A stretch of DNA of 64,000 nt from the human T2T-CHM13v2.0 reference genome, Homo sapiens, in assembly GCF_009914755.1 (NCBI RefSeq), contig NC_060930.1. One strand, 5' to 3'. The notes under the pieces were generated by a model. It saw only the letters and a list, made by a program, of their open reading frames with translations, did not search any database and was not told the DNA's origin. The position numbers and the translations under genes are program-made. Below are positions 38,949-50,310 of the stretch, one piece after another (within the stretch, counting starts at the first letter, position 1; the number at the start of each line of letters is the position of its first letter).

Positions 38949-39384
38949 TGTGCCAGGTTGAATAGTGTTGCCGTAAAATATATGACTAACCAGAACCTCA
39001 GAATGTGACCTTATTAGGAAATACAGTCTTTGCAGATGTAATTACTTTAGTTTAAAAAAGGTCATATTAGATTAAAGCGGGCCCAAATTCAATGACTGGT
39101 GTCATTATAGAGAAAACACAGACATAGAGAGGCACACAGGGATAGTGGAAGTAAAAAGTGGAGTGAAATGTTTACAAGCCAAAGAACAGCAAGGATTGCT
39201 GCCAATCGCCAGAAACTAGGAAGAAACAAGGAGGAATTTCACCGTAGATCCCTGAGACAATATGGCACTGCTGATACCTTGATTATGGACTTCTCATTTC
39301 TAGATCTGTGAGGGAATACATTTCTGCTGTTTTAAGCCATCTAGTTTGTGGTAATTTGTTATGGCATTCCTACAGAACTAATAT
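38949..39384 (+). mobile_element. MLT1C-like MaLR solo LTR
   Basis: Runs tgtgccaggttgaatagtg...cagaacctcagaatgtgaccttattaggaaatacagtctttgcagatgtaatt...tttaagccatctagtttgtggtaatttgttatggca...aactaatata. Confidence 0.88.
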
Positions 39385-40304
39385 AATTTATATATCATAT
39401 ATAATATTTGTCCAACCTAATTTCAAAACAGGTTTGACAGAACTGACAATAAAATAACATATAAAATGTAACATTGGACAAAAAGTCAATTAAATGTTAG
39501 AATTGTAATTTTGTAGTTCAGTGAAAGATTAGAGATTATCAAATTAAGGAAGAGAATTTGTATTCTGAGTATGAATACACTGGCTATCACTGTTGGACAA
39601 TAAGCTCCTCCCTACTCTTTCCAGTAACAAGAGATAAACAAGAAAAGCATTGAAGTACAAGTGAAAGACTGAGTATATTGCATAACACATGTTCAATGTA
39701 GCTATGTTTTGTTATCAAACAGCAGGACATATTCACCTTTGTCTAGAGAGGTTATATTTTTCTTGGCAATAAATTTTAGAAGAAATCTATTTAGCTTAAG
39801 GACAAGCAACCCATACACTTCAATGGCTCTTAGAACTATATAGGACAGAACAATAATTGCTGTTCATGGACATGACCCTGAGTCATCAGGGAAAGGTTCT
39901 GTTCAATGTATTATGTTTCATAAGCAGAGACTGTCTAATACATTTATAAAGTGGATATAAGTGAGCCTGAAACAGATGACTGACAGTTACAGTCATGCCC
40001 AATGTCAGTGGGAGAAGAATTGGCAATACGACAGAGGACATTCAATGGAATAAGGAGGGGCAGTATGACAGCTGGGTGGGGAGGGTGCAGGGGGCTGCAG
40101 ATTGATGGAGAAGGGAGAGTCACCAAAAGGACCAAGACTAGAAGTGACTCTTTGCCAGGAAAAAAAAAAAATGTTATAGAGGAGTGAAAGATACTTATCT
40201 GTGGCTAGATGATGGGATCAGTAGAGGACAGGGGTGGGGAGTGGCAACAGAGAAAGAGAAAAAGTTTTATTCATTTCCTAGTTGCTTCTGCGAGGTGTGT
40301 GAGC

Positions 40305-40545
40305 AACATCATTATCTACCACTTACCAAGTACTTTCCATGTACCAGCCACTAAGCAAAGCTTTTTTTAAAAAATGTACATATGTCTTTTAATCTTCAAA
40401 GCAACCCAGTGAAGTGAACATAATTATACCCATTTTATGGGGTTTGGGAAACTTCTCTCAAACTACATAACTAGTAAATGTCAAGAACAGTATTGGAGGT
40501 CAATCTTCATTGTCAACAGAGAGTCTATTCTTAACCATTTCCTTC
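40305..40545 (-). mobile_element. MIR SINE
   Basis: Contains catgtaccagccactaagcaaagc...tttaatcttcaaagcaacccagtgaagt...attatacccattttatggg...aactagtaaatg...tattcttaaccatt. Confidence 0.7.
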
Positions 40546-42704
40546 TAAAGCCAACGCAGGGAGTCAGGCACACAGCTGTGAGGGCCAGAGACATGATATA
40601 TTTACCTGTGGATGTTGAAAGGTTATACCTGTAACTGAATCCTTAGGGAAGACCACAGAAGTAGAAGGGTCCAGAAAAGACATCTAAGAAAGCTGAACCG
40701 GAAAAATGTCCTGCTTATTCAACCACTTAAAGAAATGACAGATATGCTAATGAATGAGATTTTAGTGCATGCGATAGTTTGTATTTCCAAATTTCATGTA
40801 CTGAATTCTTTTACTATTATATTAGTTTAACATTACTTTCTATTGATTATTTTCCCTAAATTCATGGTTATCTACTTTTTTTTGAGTGGGCCACAGCTGT
40901 CCTTTATTTCAGATTCTTTTTTGCCAGAGTCAGGTTATAGATCTAAGGTCAAAGAATTGTACCTACACTGAGCATCAGTAGGTGTTCTAAGAAGGTGGAG
41001 ACTTCATCTCCAGACACAACTTTAAAATGATGCCGAGAGTTGCAAGTATCAGCCACCCTAGAAAATACTCACGTATTAAGGACTATGTCCAGGAAATTTG
41101 GGATGGGTTCTCTGACAAATGTATTACAGGGATGGATGCTCTGACAGATGTATTAGAGAGATTTTTATTAAATATAATTTAGATATGACTTTGTATGATT
41201 AGCTATAGATTTCTTCAGGACTTTTATTCCCAGGTTATGGCAAATAAATATTGCATTGCTAAATGAACTGAGTGAAATTACATTGCCATTGAAATATTTA
41301 TGAATGTATCTTTATAAGCTTACACCCCCATCAATATCAAGAAAAAAACTGATGTCTTGTTTGAAACAAAATCAAAAAGTGACAAAACAACCAAATGCAA
41401 ATGGTTCTAATCAATATAATTAAGAAATAAAAAAGATAATTAAATGTGGTTCAGATTCTAAAACACTATGACAAAATTTTGTGTGTCTTTCAAATGCTTG
41501 AAGTTGTTTGATGGATTTCCCCATGTGGCATAGAAAGTTTAACAAGGTAGACCTCATGGGGTAAAATTTAAGGTATCCTATATTTGTTTAGAGAACAAGT
41601 GCATTCATAAATCCTCATTCTTGATAGACAGAATTATATGGCTCAAAGTATTTGGTTTCAGTGTTTATACTGAATGACTTATCCAGGGAATCACTGTGCT
41701 CTGTATACATCATACAGTATTGGGCTTACATGGCATGAAGGACAGTCAGTATTTGGGGGGAGGGGGAAGGGTTGAATGACTGGTCCTCCTTGACAGAATG
41801 ACCTTGTTTAATGCCCTCTGTGCCATTCACTCCTCCATTCTTGATCAGCCAGTTCCATTTATCATTCTAATTAGGCAGCATCTAGCCAGCTCAATCAGCC
41901 TCAATTACTTTAGGCCTCATTAGTGACTGACATTCTGTAACAAGTGCATCTTTGAAGGAGCAAGGTCAGATAAAGAAGTTCAGTGCATAGAGAGCAAGCA
42001 CATTCCTATCTCTACACGAGGCTTTCAATTTTAGTAGGACATTCATAAGATATTCAAACTTTTTATCTCACAGATTATAGCTGTCTGATCAAAAACATTT
42101 TGTTTGTATTTAGCATCACCTAAATGCTCTCAAAATTTGATGTCTGAATTTCTGGTCAGAGAATTTAAAACAATGTTATCACCTAAAGTCTACAGGTAAT
42201 AGTTTTCTAAAATGAAAATTGATTCTTTCATGGTGTTTACCTTTGTTTCATATAAGTGAATCAGCAAAATGAAACAAAAAGAAGAAAAATGCTGTTCAGA
42301 ATTGGTGATCAATGGATGAGATTTTCAGTTTTCATTTATTTGAGCCTAGAAGAATACATGTAACATGAAATCATTGCATTTGCTAATGCTTATATATTGC
42401 CAATATCTGGAGGAATTTTTGTCATATGCTATTTGTAAAATATGGATACATATGGTCAAATTCTAGAAAATAATTTGAAAAAAAGTTAAAATAGTTGGAT
42501 TATTATAATTTTACTTTGCTTTTGTTGTTTTTAATAGTGTTATATATATTTAAGATTGGCATTTACTAAGGCTTTTAATGTTTTTTATTTCTTAAATGCA
42601 AGTCAGGAACACTATACTCAAGGTAATATTTTGTTTATTTTTTAGCCTCAAAATTCTGTAAAGAATCCACATTTTGTTTGGAGAAAAGTTATTGGAACAT
42701 AAAT

Positions 42705-43060
42705 CAATTCCATTCAATAATCTGTTAATGAATCCCTGCTACAAGCCAAGCACCAGTGATTTAAGTGTGTATGAAACAAAATCTTTGTTTTCTGGAGCAC
42801 ACAGATAAACAAGAAGACCAATACACAGACACATAAACAAATAATTACCATGTAATGTTATCCATACAACAAGAGTGTTAACAGAAAACTGGGGAAGAGA
42901 CATCTAGCTTTGTCCAAGGTTATGGTGGATGACATCACAAAAGAGGAGGGGTTTACAGAAAATTTCAAAGATACAGAGTTGTTGAAAAGGTGGATAAAGG
43001 AAGTGAGAAAGAACCATGAAGAATAGCATTTCCTGTAGGGGAAGAATATAAAGAGGAGAG
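42705..43060 (-). mobile_element. L2 3' fragment
   Basis: Contains ttccattcaataatctgttaatgaatccctgctacaagccaagcacc...tctggagcacacag...gaatagcatttcctgtagggg. Confidence 0.6.
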
Positions 43061-45367
43061 GAGGAGGATGAATTGTTGACCCAGCTGAAGAACCATGGGA
43101 CAGAATGGCTGACAAGAAGCTTTGAACAGCAGCCAGACACCAAGACCTTGGATGGGAGAATGAAATGCACATTTCCTGGGCTTTGCCCTCCAGGGTAGAC
43201 AACCTCATTAATTAGCTACAGAAACCAAGGTCTGAGGTTCCAACTTTGCTCCTCAATCTTTCATCTGTTTTTCCCTGCTTTACCTGCCATCAGGTACTAA
43301 CCCCTCACTTGTAGGTTTCTTGTTCTGACTTTGAGTCCAGATATTTTATTTGTTCTATATAATTTGACTTAGGGATAAACACTATGATATGACCTCAGCC
43401 CAGGCCTTGAATCCCCTGACTATGGTCCTGATGGCTGCCATATGTACAATAGAGGTTCAGATATTCTCTCTTCCCAAGGCCAGCCAAGACGTATTTTTCT
43501 GTTTGTACCTGTTATGATGTGTTTAGAGAAAATTATACTTTTCAATGGGACTGTACATTAATTGAATTCAATATTAATAAATAAAATTTAAAACATATTC
43601 CACAAATGAGGCTAAATAATATTCAAAGTGTTATTATAAATCCATTATACTGTCTCCATAGAGACACTGCTCATAAACTGTTCCTTTTTCAGCAACTGCA
43701 ATTTTGTTGTTGTTGCTTTAGGAAAAGTTTTATTATGGTTATAGAACAGAATTGAAGTATATTTGCAAGTTGATATAGAGATATTTTCTGAGAATAAATT
43801 CCAAATGTGAGAATTTGCAGAAACTTTCAATTGTCATATAAAAAGAGTTAAAACATACTTTCAGATTTCTTCCAACGAATGAGTTGCAATACGCAATATG
43901 CACCCATGGTTAATAGAAAATTATCCTACAATAAGAATCATTTCATGTGACTAAACAAATTCCCAATGAGAAGCTAGGCACATCTAAAAGACGTTGTCTT
44001 TTCCAACTATCAAAAGATATCAAATATATAAAAAAAAAGACCTCAATGATTAAGTGTACTAACCTGAATAGCATTGGTTCAATTTAATATTTAAACCTAC
44101 GTATTTAGAAAATTAAGCTCGGGGAGGCTCCAAGAAGGCTAACTAGAAACAGCTGCGGCAGGAGGCTCCCACCAAGAACAACAAAAACGGAGGGTGTATC
44201 CTGCACCATCAACGGAAGTATCCAGGTTCTCTCATTAGGGCTGACTAGGCAGTTGGCATGACCCACAGAGAGCGAGGGAAAGCAGGATGGTGCAACTGCC
44301 CACCTGGGAGCCACATGGGGTAAGGGAGCTCCCACCCCCAGCTAAGGGAGGAAGTGAGTGATTGTGCTGTCCTGCCTGGGAAACCATGCTTTTTCATGGA
44401 TCTGTGCAAGTCGCGGATCAGGATATCACCCTCGTGAGCCCATGCCACCAAGGCATTGGGTCTCAAGCACAGAACTGTACAGATTCTCAGCTGCCACTCG
44501 GCTGGATATTGCCTAAGATTACGAGTTCCCGAAGTGGGGGGAAGTGTGGCCATCATTACTGCGGCTGCCTGCTGCTAAAGATGACTGAGCTCTTGTGGGT
44601 GAAGGGTGGCTGTCATCACTGCAGCTCCAGCCCGCTATTTTCCCCTGTGGGCGACTGGACGGATTTGACCCAGGAGGAATTTCCCACAGTGCAGCATAGC
44701 GGCTGTGGCAGATCGTGGCCAGACTACCTCATTAGGCTGGACCCTGGCCCATCTCTCTTCACTGGGCGAGGCCTCCCTGCAGGAATTTCAGCTACTCCAG
44801 CCAGGAATTTAGGGACAGACCACTGATATCCTTGGGACTGAGCCCCTGGAGGCAGAGGTGGCCGCAGTCACCGCAGATCAGCAGACTTAGTCTCCCCCTG
44901 CTGGCTCTGAGGAATCCAGGCAGGCCGGAGGAGTGGGATTTTCCACCAGTGCAACGCACCGCCTCTGCCAAGGTGCAGCCACAGTGCTTCATTAAGCAGG
45001 TCCTGGATCCTGTACCTCCTGACTGGGTGAGACCCCTCCCAACAGGGGTTGCCAGACACCTTACACAGGAGAGTTCCCGCTGGCATCAGGTCGGTGCCTC
45101 TCCGGGACAGAGATCCCAGAGGAAGGAGCAGGCAGCCATGTTTGCTGTTCTGCAGCCTCCACTGGTGACATCTCCAGGTGCAGGAGGGTCCCAGGTGACT
45201 AAGTTCTGTAGTGAATCCCCAGCAAACTTCAGCAGCCCTATGGAAGAGGGGCCTGAGTTTTAAAAGAAAAACAAACAAACAGAAAACAACATCAACAAAA
45301 AGTCCCCACAAAAACCCCAACCATAGATTAGCAGCCTCAAAGATCGAAGCTAAATAAACTCACAAAG

Positions 45368-46451
45368 ATGAGAAAGAATCAACAAAAAAATGGTGAAACT
45401 CAAAAAGTCAGAATGCCTCTTCTCCTCCAAATAATTCCAACACTTCAGCAAGGGCACAGAACTGGGCAGAGGCTAATATTGATGAATCAACAGAAGTAGG
45501 CTTCAGAAGGTGGGTAATAATGAACTTTGTTGAACTAAAGAAGCATGTTCTAACCCAATGCAAAGAAGCTAAGAATAATGATAAAACATTGCAGGAGCTG
45601 TTAACCAGAATAACCACTTTAGAGACAAACATAAATGACCTGATGGAGCTGAATAACACAACACGAGAACTTCACAATGCAACTATAAGTATCAATAACT
45701 GAATAGACCAAGCAGAGGAAAGAATTTCAGAGCTTGAAGACTATCTTTTTGAAATAAGACAGGCCGACATGTTTAGAGAAAAAAGAATGAAAAGAAATGA
45801 ATAAAATCTCTGACAGCTATGATTATGTAGAAAGGCTGAACTTAAGACTGATTGGGGTACCTGAAAGAGACAGGGAGAACAAACCAAGTTGGAAAACATA
45901 CTTCAGAATATCATCCAGAAGAACTACCCAACCTAGCAAGACAGCCCAACATTCAAATTCAGGAAATCCAGAGAACCCCAGTAAGATACTCCAAGAGAAG
46001 ATCAACCTCAAGACACATAATTATCAGATTCTCCAAGGTCAAAATAAAGGAAAAAATACTAACGGCAGCCAGAAAAAAAGGCCAGGCCATCTACAAAGGG
46101 AAGCCCATTAGACTAACAGTGGACCTCTCAGCAGAAACTGACCTCTCAGCCAGAAGAGATTGGGTGGACCTCTCAGCCAGAAGAGATTGGGTACCAATAT
46201 TCAACATTCTTAAAGAAAAGAATTTCCATCCCAGAATTTTATATCTAGCCAAACTAAGCTTCATAGGTGAAGAAGAAATAAAATCCTTTTCAGACAAGCA
46301 AATGCTGAGGGAATTTGTCACCACCAGGCCTGCCTTGGAAGAGCTCATGGAGGAAGCATTAATATGGGGAGGGGGGGTGGGTAGGGGAAGAAAAAACCGT
46401 CACCAGCCACTGCAAAAACACACTAAAGTAGAAAGACCACTGGCACTATGA
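45368..46451 (+). pseudogene. L1 ORF1p remnant
   Basis: Fragments ELKKHVLTQCKEAKN and LPNLARQPNIQIQEIQRTP...KGKPIRLTVDLSAE...AKLSF...RPALEEL, interrupted by frameshifts. Confidence 0.9.
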
Positions 46452-46496
46452 AGCAAAGACATCAACAAATCTGCAAAATAACCAGCCAGCATTATG

Positions 46497-49400
46497 ATGA
46501 CAGGATCAAATTCACACATAATAATGTTAACCTTAAATGTTAATGGGCTAAATGCCCCAATTAAGACACAGAATGGCAAGCTTGAAAAAGAGTCAAAACT
46601 CATTGGTGTGCTATATTCCAGAGACCCATCTTATGTGAAAAACACACATAGGCTCAAAATAAAGGGATAGAGGAAAAATTACCAAGCAAATGGAAGGCAG
46701 AAAAAAAAAAGGGGCTGCAATCCTACTTTCTGACAAAGCAGACTTTAAACCAACAAAGATCAGAAAAGACAAAGAAGGGCCTTACATATGGTAAAGGGAT
46801 CAATTCAACAAGAAGAGCTAACTATCCTAAATGTATATGCACCCAATATAGGAGCACCCAGATTCATTAAAAAAAGTCCTTAGAGGCCTACACAGAGACT
46901 TAGGCTCCCAGACTTAGGCTCCCACACAACAATAGTGGGAGACTTTAATACCCCACTGTCAATATTAGATCGTCAAGACAGAAAATTAAGAAAGATATTC
47001 AGGACTTGAACTCAGCTCTGAATCAAGTCGACCTTATAGACATCTACAGAACTCTCCAGCCCAAATCATCAGAATATACATTCTTCTCAGTGCCAAATGG
47101 CACTTATTCTAAAATCGATCACATAATTGGAAGTAAAACACTCCTCAGCAAATGCAAAAGAATTGAAATCATAACAGACGGTCTCTCAGACCACAGCACA
47201 AATTAGAACTCAAAGTTAAAAAACTCACTCAAAACCACACAACTACATGAAAATTGCACAACCCGTTCCCGAATTACTCCTGGGTAAATATGAAATTAAG
47301 GGAGAAATCAAGAATCTCTTTGAAACCAATACAAACAAAGAGACAACATACCGGACTCTCTTGGACTCAGAAAATGCACCTTTAAGAGGGAAATTGTAAG
47401 CACCAAATGCCAACATCAAAAAGCTAGAAAGATCTCAAATCAACACGCTAACATGACAACTAAAAGAACTAGAGAACCAAGAGCAAAAATCCCCAAAGCT
47501 GGCAGAAAACAAAAAGTAACCAAGATCAAGGTAGAGCTGAAGGAGATAGAGACATGAACAACCCTTCCAGTGAATCTAGGAGCTGTTTTTCTAGAAAAAA
47601 TTAATAAAATAGATAGACTGCTAGCTAGATTAATAAAAAAGAAAAAAGAATCAAATAGACACAATAAAAATTATAAATGGATATCAACACTGACCCCACA
47701 AAAATACAAACAACCATCTGAGAATACTATAAGCAACTCTATGCAAATAAATTTGAAAATCGAGAAGAAATGGATAAATTCCTGGACACATACATCCTCC
47801 AAGACTGAACCACGAAGTTGAATCCCTGAATAGACCAATGAGTTCTGAAATTGAGGCGATAATAAATAGTCCACCAACCAAAAAGAAGCCCTGGACCAGA
47901 TGGATTTATAGCTGAATTCTACGAGAGGTACAAAGAGAAGCTGGTACCATTTCTTCTGAAATTATTCCGAACAACTGAAAAGGAGGGAATTTTCCCTAAC
48001 TCATTTTATGAGGCCAGCATCACCCTACTACCAAAACCTGGCAGAGATACAACAACAAGAAAATAATAAAAACTTCAGGCCAATATCCCTGATGAATATC
48101 AATGCAAAAATCCTCGATAAAATACTGGCAAACCGAATTCAGCAGCACATCAAAAAGCTTATCTACCCCGATTAAGTCAGCTTCATCCCTAGGATGCAAG
48201 GCTGGTTAAACATACGCAAATCAATAAATGTAGTTCACCATATAAACAGAACTAAAGACAAAAACCACATAATTATCTCAATAGATGCAGAAAAGGCCTT
48301 CGATAAAATTCAACATTCCTTCATGTTAAAAACTCTGAAGAAACTAGGCATTGAAGGAACATACCTCAAAATAATAACAGCCTATATAACAAACCCACCA
48401 CCAATATCATACTGAATGGGCAAAAGCTGGAAGCACTCTTCTTGAAAACTGGCACAAGACAAGGATGCTGTCTCTCACCACTCCTATTCAACATACTATT
48501 GGAAGTTCTGGTCAGGGCAATCAGGCAAAAGGAAGAAATAAAGCATATTCAAATAGGAAGACAGGAAGTCAAACTTTCTCTCTTTGCAGACGACATGATT
48601 CTATATCTAGAAAACCCCATTGTCTCAGCCCAAAAGCTTCTTAAGCTGATAAGCAACTTCAACAAAGTCTCAGAATACACAATCAATGTGCAAATATCAC
48701 AAGCATTCCTATACACCAACAACAGACAAGCAGAGAGCTAAATCACAAATGATCTCCCATTCACAATTGCTACAAAGAGAATAAAATGCCTAGGAATACA
48801 GCTAACAAGGGAAGTGAAGGAGCTCTTCAAGGAGAACTACAAACAACTGCTCAAGAAAATCACAGAGGACACAAACAAATGGAAAAACATTTCATGCTCA
48901 TGCATAGAAAGAATCATATTGTGAAAATGTCCATACTGCCTGAAGTAATTTATAGATTCAATACTATTCCCATTAAACTACCATTGACATTCTTCACAGA
49001 ATTAGAAAAAAACTACTTTAAAATTCATATGGAACCAAAAAAACAGCCTGCATAGCCAAGACAATCCTAAGCAAAAAGAACAAAGCTGGAGGCGTCACAC
49101 TACCCAACTTCAAACGATACTACAAGGCTACAGTAACCAAAACAGCCTGCTACTGGCACAAGAACAGACACATAGACCAATGTAACAGAATAAAGATCTC
49201 AGAAATAAGACTGCACATCTACAATCATCTGATCTTTGACAAATCAAACAAAAACAAGCAATGGGGAAAAGTTCCCCTATTTAATAAATAGTGCTGGGAA
49301 AATGGCTAACCACATCCAGAAAATTGAAACTGGACCTCTTCTTTACACCTTATACAAAAATTAACTCAAGATGGATTAAAGACTTAAATGTAAAACCCAA

Positions 49401-50310
49401 AACTATGAAAATCCTGGAAGAAAATCTAGGCAATACCATACAAGACATTGTTACGGGCAAAGATTTCATGACAAAAACATCAAAAGCAATTGCAACAAAA
49501 GCAAAAATTGACAAATGGGATATAATTAAACTGAAGAGCTTCTGCAAAGGAAAAGAAACTATCATCAGAGTGAACAGACAACCTACAGAATAGGAGAAAA
49601 TTTTTGCAATGTATCCATCTGACAAAGGTCTATTATGCAGAATCTACAAGGAACTTAAACAAATTTACAAGAATAAACAAGCAATCCCATTACAAAGTGG
49701 GCAAAGGACATGGACACTTCTCAAAAGAAGACATTTATGCAACCAAGAAACATATGAAGAAAAGCTCTACATCACTGATTATTAAAGAAATGCAAATCAA
49801 AACCATGATAAGATACCATCTCATGCCAGTCAGAATGGTAATTGTTAAAAAGTCAAGAAACAGCAGATGCTGGGAGGCTGCAGAGAGATAGGAACACTTT
49901 TACACTGTTGGTGGGAATGTATATTAGTTCAACCATTGTGCAAGACAGTTTCATGATTCCTCAAATACCTAGAACCAGAAATACCACTTGGCCCAGCAAT
50001 CCCATTACTGGGTATACACCCAAAGGAATATAATTCATCCTGTTATAAAGACACATGCACATGTATGTTCATTGCAGCACTATTCACAATAGCAAAGAAG
50101 ACATGGAATCAATCCAAGTGCCCATAAATGATAGACGGGATAAAGAAAATGTGGTACGTATACACCATGGAATACCATGCAGTCATAAAAAGGAACGAGA
50201 TCATGTCCTTTGCAGGGACATGGATGGAGCTGTAAGCCATTATCCTCAGCAAACTAACGCAGGAACAGAAAACCAAATACCGCATGTTCCCACACATAAG
50301 TGGCAGCTGA
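46497..50310 (+). pseudogene. L1 ORF2p remnant (endonuclease + RT)
   Basis: Starts atgacaggatcaaattca. Fragments include [30 protein letters not shown] and [15 protein letters not shown]. Many stops and frameshifts. Confidence 0.92.

Noticed and set aside
45852-46451. Longest ORF (199 aa) as a domesticated gene
   Set aside because: L1 ORF1 C-terminal remnant with a non-ATG, out-of-frame start. No evidence of selection is visible.
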